A stretch of 64,000 nucleotides of DNA from Dictyoglomaceae bacterium (GTDB lineage Bacteria > Dictyoglomota > Dictyoglomia > Dictyoglomales > Dictyoglomaceae). A model generated the notes under the pieces. That model was given only the letters and a program-made list of their open reading frames with translations. It had not been told where the DNA came from and made no database searches. Positions 1 to 8,187 of the stretch are shown piece by piece. Made by a program: the position numbers and the translations under genes. The first letter of the stretch is position 1. Every line of letters starts with the position of its first letter. Location: NCBI GenBank assembly GCA_049718665.1, contig JBNARO010000004.1, forward strand, positions 7,815-71,814. The letters run 5' to 3'.

Positions 1-824
1 CTGGTGGAATAACATTAAGGGAAGATCAAATAGAAAGATATTCAAGACAGATTATTTTGCCCGAGGTAGGGGGTAAAGGACAAGAGAAGCTTTTGAAAGC
101 AAAGGTTTTGGTAATTGGGGCAGGAGGTTTAGGGTCTCCTGTTGCTCTTTACTTGGCTTCTGCAGGAGTGGGGAAAATAGGAATTGTGGACTCAGATAGG
201 GTAGAGCTAAATAACTTACAAAGACAAGTGATTCATTCTACAAAAGATGTAGGAAGACCTAAAGTAGAATCTGCAAAAGATAGAATAAATGCTATAAATC
301 CTGATGTAGAAGTTGTCCCTTATTATTTACGTCTTATTTCTGAAAATATCTTAGATGTAATAAAAGATTATGATATAGTTGTGGATGGTTCTGACAATTT
401 TCCTACAAGATACTTAGTAAATGATGCTTGTGTTTTAGCGGGAAAGCCTCTGATTCATGGTGGTATTTTCAGGTTTGATGGTCAAGTAATTACGATTTTG
501 CCTGGCAAGAGTGCTTGTTATCGTTGTCTTTTCCCCTCTCCTCCACCTCCTGGTTTAGTTCCCAGTTGTCAAGAAGCAGGAATTTTAGGAACTGTTGCAG
601 GAATAATAGGTATAATTCAAGCTAATGAAGTTTTGAAATATATTTTAGGTATAGGGGAACTTTTAGCAAATAAACTTTTAGTCTTTAACGCTTTAGAATC
701 CAGTTTCCGTATAGTTAAAGTTCCTAAGGATAAATCTTGTCCTATTTGTGGAGAAAATCCAAAAATTACCAAAGTGGAAGATATTGATTATGTAGAATTT
801 TGCCAAATGAGATTACAGTCTTAA
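1..824 (+). CDS. ThiF/MoeB/HesA-family E1-like adenylyltransferase; 5' end runs off the window
   Basis: The frame is open from base 3 (GGITLREDQIERYSRQIILPEVG...), so the TTG at 57 in the ORF track is internal. Has the GAGGLGS nucleotide loop and paired CxxC zinc motifs (CYRC, CPIC). Confidence 0.9.
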   Translation, partial: GGITLREDQIERYSRQIILPEVGGKGQEKLLKAKVLVIGAGGLGSPVALYLASAGVGKIGIVDSDRVELNNLQRQVIHSTKDVGRPKVESAKDRINAINPDVEVVPYYLRLISENILDVIKDYDIVVDGSDNFPTRYLVNDACVLAGKPLIHGGIFRFDGQVITILPGKSACYRCLFPSPPPPGLVPSCQEAGILGTVAGIIGIIQANEVLKYILGIGELLANKLLVFNALESSFRIVKVPKDKSCPICGENPKITKVEDIDYVEFCQMRLQS

Positions 825-866
825 AATTAGAAGGAGTTTATTTAACAGAGGAGGGGGGTGAAAAGG

Positions 867-1781
867 TTAAAGATTCAGCTTCATCTTTATATTGCATACC
901 GCACATATATCAAGAGAAGATGGCTCATTACAAATTTTACATCTTTTAATCTCTTTTTCTTCTAATTTATTTGAGATTATGGGATGAAGCTTTTTCAAAA
1001 AATTATTGAAAAATCTTATCTTTGTCCCAGGAAATTGATCCTCTATATTTCCAAGAATTTCTTTATATTTTAGAGAAACAGCCCCTTTGCTAAAGGGGCA
1101 TTCCTCCTCTATGTATTTTATTCCATTTAAAAAGGTATATATTGCACTTTCCTTTTCAGTAACTCTAAAATAAGGTTTTACTTTTCTTACAAAGGCATCT
1201 TGAGACTCCATAAGGACAGGATATTGTCTTGAAAGATATTCAATATTCCAATTTAGAGTATTTCCAAAAAGAACGGAAATTTCATCATCAAGATTATGGG
1301 CGGTTGCGAGAATGTTATAACCATATTTCTTTGCGATTTTATTCATATAATACCTTTTAAGAGTACCACATACTGAACAAGGAGGCTTTTTAGATAGTTT
1401 CTCCTTTATCTCAGGTATAGTACCAATTTCTTCTTTTAAATCAACAATATATAACTTCCTGTTAATAGTTTGGGAAAAATTCTCTACAATTTCTCTACTC
1501 TTTTTTGAATAATCGTATATTCCTAAATCTATATGCATTCCATCTGCGCTATAACCAAGTTTATTTAAAACAAACCATAATCCTAAACTATCTTTTCCTC
1601 CTGAAACTGCTACTAAGACTTTATCTTGTTTAGTAAACATATGAAATTCTTTTATAGTATTTTCTATTCTTCTCTCGAACCATTCTATAAAATGATCTTT
1701 ACATAAACTCAAGTTATACGCTGGTAAATTCACAATAGCGTTTTTTGAGATGTTCTTTGTTTTACAAATCTTACATTTCAT
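867..1781 (-). CDS. ttuA: tRNA 2-thiolation PP-loop ATPase, TtuA family
   Basis: N- and C-terminal CxxC zinc fingers (CKIC...C..H; CKIC...CAVC), PP-loop SGGKDS, and Fe-S cysteines (CSVCG, ECPF). Matches Thermus TtuA over the full length from memory. Confidence 0.85.
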   Translation of the reverse strand: MKCKICKTKNISKNAIVNLPAYNLSLCKDHFIEWFERRIENTIKEFHMFTKQDKVLVAVSGGKDSLGLWFVLNKLGYSADGMHIDLGIYDYSKKSREIVENFSQTINRKLYIVDLKEEIGTIPEIKEKLSKKPPCSVCGTLKRYYMNKIAKKYGYNILATAHNLDDEISVLFGNTLNWNIEYLSRQYPVLMESQDAFVRKVKPYFRVTEKESAIYTFLNGIKYIEEECPFSKGAVSLKYKEILGNIEDQFPGTKIRFFNNFLKKLHPIISNKLEEKEIKRCKICNEPSSLDICAVCNIKMKLNL

Positions 1782-1784
1782 AGA

Positions 1785-2000
1785 CTATCCTCCAGATACC
1801 GCATTTATAACTTCTATTTCATCATCTGGAGAGAGATAAGTATTTAGTTCTGCTATCTCACCATTTTTAACAACAAAGGCATACTCTTTAGAAAGTCCTA
1901 AAAATTTTAAAATATCTTGTGGATTCAACTTATCCCTCTCTGAACTAAAAGTATAGGTCTTTCCTCTATATTTAATGTTGAAGACAAATTTTTCTTCCAT
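1785..2000 (-). CDS. ttuB: ThiS/MoaD-like ubiquitin-fold sulfur carrier ending in Gly-Gly
   Basis: 71 aa with C-terminus ...AVSGG. Lies 3 nt upstream of ttuA on the same strand. Confidence 0.8.
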   Translation of the reverse strand: MEEKFVFNIKYRGKTYTFSSERDKLNPQDILKFLGLSKEYAFVVKNGEIAELNTYLSPDDEIEVINAVSGG

Positions 2001-2098
2001 TCAGTAAGCCTCCTTTGCTTTTTGAATTCTATTTTACCTAATCCTAAACTAAAATCAAATATATTTATGACTTTCTCTATACTTAATATAACTATTTA

Positions 2099-2127
2099 TT
2101 GACTTTTTATTCTTTAAAGTTTATACT
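2099..2127 (+). promoter_or_regulatory. sigma70-type promoter for the sugar ABC operon
   Basis: TTGACT (2099-2104), 17-nt spacer, TATACT (2122-2127), about 45 nt upstream of the ATG at 2175. Confidence 0.55.
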
Positions 2128-2174
2128 TAAACTTGGGAAAGGTTCCAAAATAAAATTTTAGGAGGTGTCTCCTA

Positions 2175-3476
2175 ATGATTAAAATTCTTAAATTAATTCC
2201 TCTTCTTCTTATTCTTCTATTTATTATTACAAACTCCTCTGCAAAACCAATAACAATAAGAGTTTGGTATCCTGACGAGTTAGGAATAAAACCTAAATAT
2301 GTGGATAAGGCAGCAGAAGACTTTAGAAAAGCGTTTCCTGATGTAAATCTTGAAGTAACAAGATATAAAATTCCACCTGGTGATTTCTTAACAAAACTAC
2401 TTTTAGCAATTGACGCAAAGGAAGCACCAGATGTATTTCATGTAGGTGGAACACTAATGCCAGAATTTGTGGAAGCTGGATATATTCGTCCTTTAACTCC
2501 ATATATAGTAAAATGGGAAGATTGGCAGTATTATCCAAAATCTATAAAGGACGCGGTAAGATATAAGGGACATTATTATACAATTCCTTATGGGTTAGAT
2601 GTGAGATGGTTATATTACAGAAAAGATATATTTGCAAAAGCAGGACTTCCCACAGATTGGAAGCCAAAGGGATGGGATGATATTCTTAATACTGCTCTAA
2701 GAATAAAAAATAGTGTTCCTAATGTAATTCCATATGTAATATATGCGGGAGTTGCTGGTGGCGGAGGAACAGTGAATCATGGATATATCCCATTGTTATA
2801 TGGGACAAAAGCGGTAGCTTATGATGTAAAATCTGGGAAATATATAATAGATACGTCTGCGATAAAGAAAGTTTTAGAATTCTATAAAAAGGCATTTATT
2901 GATTTAAAGTTAGTTCCCCAAGAAGTATTAACCTTACCAAAACCTTGGACTACTATGAGGGAAAAGTTAGGAGCAGGAGAACTGGCAATTCTTTTTGAGG
3001 GTGGATGGGTATATGGCGGATGGGTGAGTAAATATGGATTAGAAAATGTAGAAAAAACTGTAGGATATACTTTGATGCCCTCAGAGAAGGGTGCTCCATA
3101 CTTTACTGTGGGTGGTTTAGGAACTTGCTGGTATATTTCTTCTCAGTCCAAAAATCCACAGCTTGCATGGGAATTCATAAAGAGATTTAATACAAAGGAA
3201 ATAGTAGCTAAAATTAATATAGAAGATCCTCATCCTGTAGCTCGTATGGATTCTGCAGAACTTCCAGAATTTAAAGCCATAAAATATCTATATGACTGTA
3301 CTCAAATACTTAAACAGGCAAAATTTGAGCCTATGGCACCTGGAATCTCTAAATTTGCAAATAGAGTTCAGCTTATGACAGGAAGAGTAGCAAGTGGTGA
3401 AATGTCTGTAGATTCTGCATTGCAAAAATTTATAGAAGAGATGAAGGCAGATTTTGGGGATGTAATTGTAAAATAG
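2175..3476 (+). CDS. ABC transporter extracellular solute-binding protein, family 1 (sugar)
   Basis: N-terminal signal/anchor peptide and a 433-aa CUT1-type binding-protein layout. Followed by two MalF/MalG-type permease genes. Confidence 0.85.
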   Translation: MIKILKLIPLLLILLFIITNSSAKPITIRVWYPDELGIKPKYVDKAAEDFRKAFPDVNLEVTRYKIPPGDFLTKLLLAIDAKEAPDVFHVGGTLMPEFVEAGYIRPLTPYIVKWEDWQYYPKSIKDAVRYKGHYYTIPYGLDVRWLYYRKDIFAKAGLPTDWKPKGWDDILNTALRIKNSVPNVIPYVIYAGVAGGGGTVNHGYIPLLYGTKAVAYDVKSGKYIIDTSAIKKVLEFYKKAFIDLKLVPQEVLTLPKPWTTMREKLGAGELAILFEGGWVYGGWVSKYGLENVEKTVGYTLMPSEKGAPYFTVGGLGTCWYISSQSKNPQLAWEFIKRFNTKEIVAKINIEDPHPVARMDSAELPEFKAIKYLYDCTQILKQAKFEPMAPGISKFANRVQLMTGRVASGEMSVDSALQKFIEEMKADFGDVIVK

Positions 3477-3482
3477 AAAAGA

Positions 3483-3514
3483 GGGTGGGGAATTCCCCAC
3501 CCTAATTTTATTTT
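3483..3514 (+). terminator. intrinsic terminator or attenuator between the binding-protein and permease genes
   Basis: GGGTGGGG-AATT-CCCCACCC perfect 8-bp stem followed by TAATTTTATTTT. Confidence 0.7.
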
Positions 3515-3527
3515 GAGGAGAAGAAAA

Positions 3528-4400
3528 ATGAAAAGGAATCAATTTTTAATCCTGGGGCTTTTACCTGCTATTCTCTTAATGGCTTTTTTATTTGTTCTTC
3601 CTTCTCTTTGGGGAATATATAGTAGTTTCACTAATATGGCACTTTTAGGAAAAGAGGCTGCAAATTTTCAATTCTTAGGATTGGAGAACTATATAAAGCT
3701 TTTCAGAGATTCTGCTTTTTATACATCTTTTTTAAATACCATATATTTTGTTATAGGTTCCGCATTAATAGGTCAATTTTTGCTGGGTCTTATCATTGCA
3801 TTGCTTATTGATTATGCAGAAAGAAGAAAAATTCCAGGAAGAGGAATAGTTTATGGTATTGTCCTTCTTGCTTGGATTAATCCTACATTAATCGCGGGAT
3901 TTCAATGGTCCGCAATGTATGATTACTATTATGGAACATTGAATACTTTTCTTAAATTTTTAGGTTTTCCTAAGATAAACTGGTTAGGAAGTATGCCTAT
4001 GTTTTCAGTAATTGTTGCTAATATATGGAGGGGGACCGCATTTACTATGTTAATTTGGCTTTCTGCATTAAAGACAGTTCCTATAGAACTTTATGAGGCA
4101 TCAAAAATAGATGGTGCTAATGCTTTTGATAGATTTAGATATATTACAGTTCCTATGCTTAGAGATATTATAACAGTAAATCTTATTCAGATAACTATGG
4201 CGACTATGGGAGCGTTTTTATTAATTTGGGCAATAACCAGTGGTGGACCAGGGCTTAAGACTACTACTTTAAGTCTTTTCGCCTATAGAACTGCTTTTGA
4301 ATCTTACAGACTTGGATATGGAAGTTCTATTGCGGTGATTATGCTCTTCATAAATCTTATCTTCGGGGTCATATACATTAGGCTTTTTAGGAGGAGATAA
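3528..4400 (+). CDS. sugar ABC transporter permease (MalF/UgpA-like)
   Basis: Six-TM permease with an EAA-type loop (ELYEASKIDGANAFDRFRYITVP). ATG 3528 is preferred over TTG 3513 because GAGGAG lies 7 nt upstream of it. Confidence 0.9.
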   Translation: MKRNQFLILGLLPAILLMAFLFVLPSLWGIYSSFTNMALLGKEAANFQFLGLENYIKLFRDSAFYTSFLNTIYFVIGSALIGQFLLGLIIALLIDYAERRKIPGRGIVYGIVLLAWINPTLIAGFQWSAMYDYYYGTLNTFLKFLGFPKINWLGSMPMFSVIVANIWRGTAFTMLIWLSALKTVPIELYEASKIDGANAFDRFRYITVPMLRDIITVNLIQITMATMGAFLLIWAITSGGPGLKTTTLSLFAYRTAFESYRLGYGSSIAVIMLFINLIFGVIYIRLFRRR

Positions 4401-4401
4401 G

Positions 4402-5208
4402 ATGAGGTTCTTAGTTTTTATGAGCTTTATTTTGATAATTATCTTCTTTGGAATTCCTTTTCTATGGTTGTACTTCTCGGCTTTTGATAAAGAAGCTTCT
4501 GCTTTCATTAAAATGCCTAATTTTACTTTATCTAATTTCATAGAGGCTTTTAGAGAATATAATTTCGCAAGATATTTAATAAATAGCTCTTTTGTTGCAA
4601 CCATCACTATGATTTTAACAGTCCTTATTGTTGCTGTTTCTTCCTATTCCATATCAAGAATAAAATGGAAATATAAAAATGCTTTTTTATATTCTCTTTT
4701 GCTTCTTCACTCTATACCTTTATCTACTACTATGGTCCCTATATATGGAATAATGAGAATTCTTCGTCTTAGAAATTCTTACTTAGGATTAATCTTAGTA
4801 TACACCGCCATGCAACTTCCTTTTCTAATTTGGCTTATGAAGGGATTTTTTGATACTATACCTGAAGAGTTAGAAGAGGCTGCATGGATTGATGGATGTA
4901 CATCCCTGAAGGCTTTATTTAAAGTGGTTCTTCCTGTATCTTTTCCAGGGATATTAGTAGTTTCAGCTCTTTCCTTCTTAGGTGCTTGGGGGGAAAGTAT
5001 GCTTATACTTATATTAGTGGACTCAGAAAAGATGAAGACAGTCCCGTTAGTATTTTATGAGGCAATGAGAACTGTAGGAGGATATATGGAAGTAAGGTAT
5101 GAATTAGTATCTGCTTTTGCTATACTGTTTCAAATTCCTGTTGTGATTTTGTTTATATTATCAAGAAAATTACTTGCTACATCTATAGTTCCAGGGGTGG
5201 AAAGGTGA
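4402..5208 (+). CDS. sugar ABC transporter permease (MalG/UgpE-like)
   Basis: EAA loop EELEEAAWIDGCTSLKALFKVVLP. Starts 1 nt after the previous stop codon. Confidence 0.9.
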   Translation: MRFLVFMSFILIIIFFGIPFLWLYFSAFDKEASAFIKMPNFTLSNFIEAFREYNFARYLINSSFVATITMILTVLIVAVSSYSISRIKWKYKNAFLYSLLLLHSIPLSTTMVPIYGIMRILRLRNSYLGLILVYTAMQLPFLIWLMKGFFDTIPEELEEAAWIDGCTSLKALFKVVLPVSFPGILVVSALSFLGAWGESMLILILVDSEKMKTVPLVFYEAMRTVGGYMEVRYELVSAFAILFQIPVVILFILSRKLLATSIVPGVER

Positions 5209-6647
5209 AGGAATATATTTTTAACTTAGAACTTTTTCCTGAGGATTCTAAAAAACATATTCCTATTTATTTTGACGTTCCAGAAGGTGCTAAAGAAATA
5301 ATTATTGAAAATATTTTGGAACCAAGAACCTTAGATTTGGAGGAGTCTAAAAAACTTGTTAAAAAGGCTTTAGCTATTTATATAAATCAAGGAGATAGTC
5401 CTTTAGATATAAAAGACATTCCCGAAAAAAGTTTAAACGAAATAATAAAAAAATTTATTCCTGTAAGAAATCTTATCAATTTTAGAATTTTTGATTCTCA
5501 TGGAAATTTTAGGGGGACAGGAGAAGACAGATTTTCAAAGGGAATTCCTATAAAGATTGGAGAAAAACTATCATCCTATGGATGTGTAGAAGGAAAAATT
5601 TATCCAGGGAAATGGAGAATGGTTATAGAAACTCATGCTATAGTTAAAAAATGCTTGTTGAATTTAAAGATTAAGATTAATAATGAAGAATCAGAAAATA
5701 TTCCAGAGCTTTTTAATGAATATATTCCTGTAGTAAAGGAACCTACAAAAAAGAATGGATGGGTAGCGGGAGATTTTCATCTTCATTCTCTTCATAGTGA
5801 TGGGAAATTATCTTTAGAAAATGTCATTAAACATTCTATAAAAAGAAATTTAGATTTTATTTTTCTTACAGATCATAATAAAATATCTGGATTTCAAAAG
5901 ATAAAAAGCGAGAATTATAAAGTATTTTGTGGGATGGAATTTACTACTTTCTATGGACATTTTACCTCTTTTGGAGTCTCAGAATATATTGAGTGGGATG
6001 TAATAGATCTTAAGAATGGAATAAGAAAGGCAGCAGAATTAGTACATTCCCAAGGAGGAATTTTTTGTGTAGCTCATCCTTTTACTATGGGAGATCCTAT
6101 ATGTACTGGATGTAGATGTACACTAAATATAGATTGGAAATACGTGGATGCTATAGAAATATGGTCAGGTTCTTTTAATAAAAGAAGACCTGAGAACACC
6201 GAATCTTTAAAACTATGGAGAAGTCTTCTTAATTCTGGCTATAGAATTACAGGGATCGGTGGAACAGATATGCATACTCCTGAGGATATTACTATTGATT
6301 CGCCTGTAACCTATGTATATGTAGAACAACTAGCCTTAGAAGATATTTTAAAATCCTTAAAAGAAGGAAGAGTATATATTACTCGAGGACCTAAGCTTAA
6401 TTTTTCTATTAATGATGCAAATATAGGAGAGAGAATAAGATTAAGGGAGGGGAAGGCTAATTTGAGATATTTCTGTGAAGAAAATTTGGATTTAAGAATT
6501 TATTATAATGGGAATGTTATCATAGAAATTCCTAAAACTTCTTCGGGAAATATAGATTTTTTCTTAAGAAATTCTGGATATATTTATTTAGAATTTTGGA
6601 AAGAAAAGGAGCTTTATGCTATTACAAATCCCATTTATGTGATATAA
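5205..6647 (+). CDS. PHP-domain (CehA/McbA-like) metallo-phosphoesterase with an unassigned ~190-aa N-terminal domain
   Basis: GDFHLHSLHSDG plus FLTDHN and later His/Asp motifs typical of PHP. GTG start overlaps the permease stop (GTGA). Confidence 0.7.
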   Translation: MKEYIFNLELFPEDSKKHIPIYFDVPEGAKEIIIENILEPRTLDLEESKKLVKKALAIYINQGDSPLDIKDIPEKSLNEIIKKFIPVRNLINFRIFDSHGNFRGTGEDRFSKGIPIKIGEKLSSYGCVEGKIYPGKWRMVIETHAIVKKCLLNLKIKINNEESENIPELFNEYIPVVKEPTKKNGWVAGDFHLHSLHSDGKLSLENVIKHSIKRNLDFIFLTDHNKISGFQKIKSENYKVFCGMEFTTFYGHFTSFGVSEYIEWDVIDLKNGIRKAAELVHSQGGIFCVAHPFTMGDPICTGCRCTLNIDWKYVDAIEIWSGSFNKRRPENTESLKLWRSLLNSGYRITGIGGTDMHTPEDITIDSPVTYVYVEQLALEDILKSLKEGRVYITRGPKLNFSINDANIGERIRLREGKANLRYFCEENLDLRIYYNGNVIIEIPKTSSGNIDFFLRNSGYIYLEFWKEKELYAITNPIYVI

Positions 6648-6657
6648 TTTAGAAACT

Positions 6658-7311
6658 ATGATTAGTGATTTAGACATTATTCTAAGGCTTTTATTATCAA
6701 TAATATTAGGTGGGCTTATAGGTTGGGAAAGGGAAAAAGAAGAAAAACCTGCAGGTCTCCGAACCCATATATTGGTATGTCTTGGTTCCACTTTGATGAT
6801 GATAGTCTCTGCCTATGGATTTCCTGGCAGGTATCCTTCTGATCCAGGAAGAATTGCAGCTCAAGTAATAACTGGTATCGGTTTTATAGGAGCAGGGACC
6901 ATATTAAGGACTGGAATAACTATTAAGGGTTTAACCACCGCAGCAAGTATATGGACAGTAGCAGGGATTGGCTTAGCAATTGGTGTGGGACTTTATCTTC
7001 CTGCAATTTTCACTACTCTTTTGGTAGTGGCAACTTTAATGCTTGCAGTAAGACTTGAAGTGTCTATTATTGGAAGCCACAAGCCAGTATCATTAAGATG
7101 TATTATAGAAGATAGACCAGGGTCTATAGGAGCAATAGGAACTCTCTTAGGAAGTTTGAATGTAGATATAAAACAGATTGAACTTTCCTCTGCTTGGGAT
7201 GGCAAGGTGATTTTAACTATTAGCTTAAAGCTCCCCGCAAAACTTTCGGAAGAAGAAGTTATAGCAAAAGTTGTGGAATTGGATAATGTAATAAGTGCAG
7301 AATGGGTATAG
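6658..7311 (+). CDS. MgtC/SapB-family membrane protein with a C-terminal ACT-like domain
   Basis: N-terminus LLLSIILGGLIGWEREKEEKPAGLRTHILVCLGS is the MgtC signature. Soluble C-terminal ~80 aa. Confidence 0.85.
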   Translation: MISDLDIILRLLLSIILGGLIGWEREKEEKPAGLRTHILVCLGSTLMMIVSAYGFPGRYPSDPGRIAAQVITGIGFIGAGTILRTGITIKGLTTAASIWTVAGIGLAIGVGLYLPAIFTTLLVVATLMLAVRLEVSIIGSHKPVSLRCIIEDRPGSIGAIGTLLGSLNVDIKQIELSSAWDGKVILTISLKLPAKLSEEEVIAKVVELDNVISAEWV

Positions 7312-7318
7312 ATTCATT

Positions 7319-7344
7319 CCCTCCCCTCCTAGGGAGGGAGAGGG
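7319..7344. terminator. GC-rich hairpin between convergent genes (bidirectional terminator)
   Basis: CCCTC-C-CCCTCC / TAG / GGAGGG-A-GAGGG: 11 bp of pairing with single-nt bulges, between the stops at 7311 and 7346. Confidence 0.55.
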
Positions 7345-7345
7345 C

Positions 7346-8170
7346 TTATACTCCTGAAAAGGCATTAAATCCACCATCTATGGGGATTACTGTTCCTGTC
7401 ACAAAGGAGCTTGCGGGAGAGGAAAGCCAAATTATAGTTCCAATAAGTTCTTCTGGTTCTCCAAATCTCCCCATAGGAGTGTGATTGATAACTGCCTGTC
7501 CTCTTGGTGTTAAGTTCCCTTGCTCATCTAAAAGGAGATATCTATTTTGTTTCGTTAACAAAAATCCAGGTGCAATAGCATTTACTCTAATCTTTGGAGA
7601 ATATTCTTGAGCGATATATACTGCAAGCCACTGAGTAAAATTACTTACTGCTGCTTTTGCTGCAGAATATCCTAACACTCTTGTTAATGGTCTAAAAGCA
7701 GACATAGAGGAAAAGTTTATTATTACTCCTCCATCTTCATTTTCCAACATAATCTTTCCAAATACTTGACTGGGAATAATGGCTCCACCAAAGAGATTGA
7801 GATTTACTACTTTTTGAAGAGCTTCAATACTTATATCAAAAAAGGAAACCTCCTTAGAAGTAGTTGCGGAAGGTACATTTCCTCCTGCTGCATTAAGTAA
7901 AATATCTACCTTTCCAAATCTTTTTTTAACCTTTTCTGCCACCTCTTCTACATTTTTTTTGTCAAGAACATCCATGTAATATCCCTCTACTTCTATTCCT
8001 TCTTTTCTTAATTCTTCAATTCTTTCTTCTAAAGGAGAAATATCTGTAAGGGCAATTTTAGCTCCTGCTTTTCCTAAGCCTTTTGCAATGGCACCTGCTA
8101 ATACTCCAGCTCCTCCTGTAAAAATAGCAACCTTATCTTTTACTGAGAAAAGCTCCTCCACATAACTCAT
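7346..8170 (-). CDS. short-chain dehydrogenase/reductase (gluconate-5-dehydrogenase / fructuronate-reductase-like)
   Basis: TGGAGVLAG cofactor loop and YSAAK catalytic motif. Start moved to MSYVEELF (ATG 8170) because GGAGGTGAG precedes it. Confidence 0.85.
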   Translation of the reverse strand: MSYVEELFSVKDKVAIFTGGAGVLAGAIAKGLGKAGAKIALTDISPLEERIEELRKEGIEVEGYYMDVLDKKNVEEVAEKVKKRFGKVDILLNAAGGNVPSATTSKEVSFFDISIEALQKVVNLNLFGGAIIPSQVFGKIMLENEDGGVIINFSSMSAFRPLTRVLGYSAAKAAVSNFTQWLAVYIAQEYSPKIRVNAIAPGFLLTKQNRYLLLDEQGNLTPRGQAVINHTPMGRFGEPEELIGTIIWLSSPASSFVTGTVIPIDGGFNAFSGV

Positions 8171-8187
8171 ATTTTTCTCACCTCCTT

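Noticed and set aside
2130-2150. TGGGAAAGGTTCCAA near the sugar-operon promoter as a LacI-type operator.
   Set aside because: Only about 4 of 7 positions per half-site are symmetric, and no LacI-family regulator gene is adjacent. The evidence is too weak to call.
2323-4607. Antisense or alternate-frame ORFs within the sugar ABC genes (2323-2538, 3288-3542, 4269-4607). Similar shadow ORFs occur throughout, for example 6588-6791, 6993-7205, 9011-9347, 10052-10252, 11608-11907, 12184-12372, 13122-13310, 24595-25109, 26189-26380, 28126-28338, 32146-32382, 33117-33413, 38653-38853, 39908-40213, 44934-45173, 47036-47245, 52534-52734, 53013-53204, 58234-58455 and 59092-59328.
   Set aside because: Each lies wholly inside a longer ORF that has clear family motifs. 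They lack an RBS and have odd composition.
7302-7484. 60-aa plus-strand ORF spanning the MgtC/SDR intergenic hairpin.
   Set aside because: It runs through a terminator hairpin and antisense into the 3' end of the SDR gene, with no RBS. Judged spurious.
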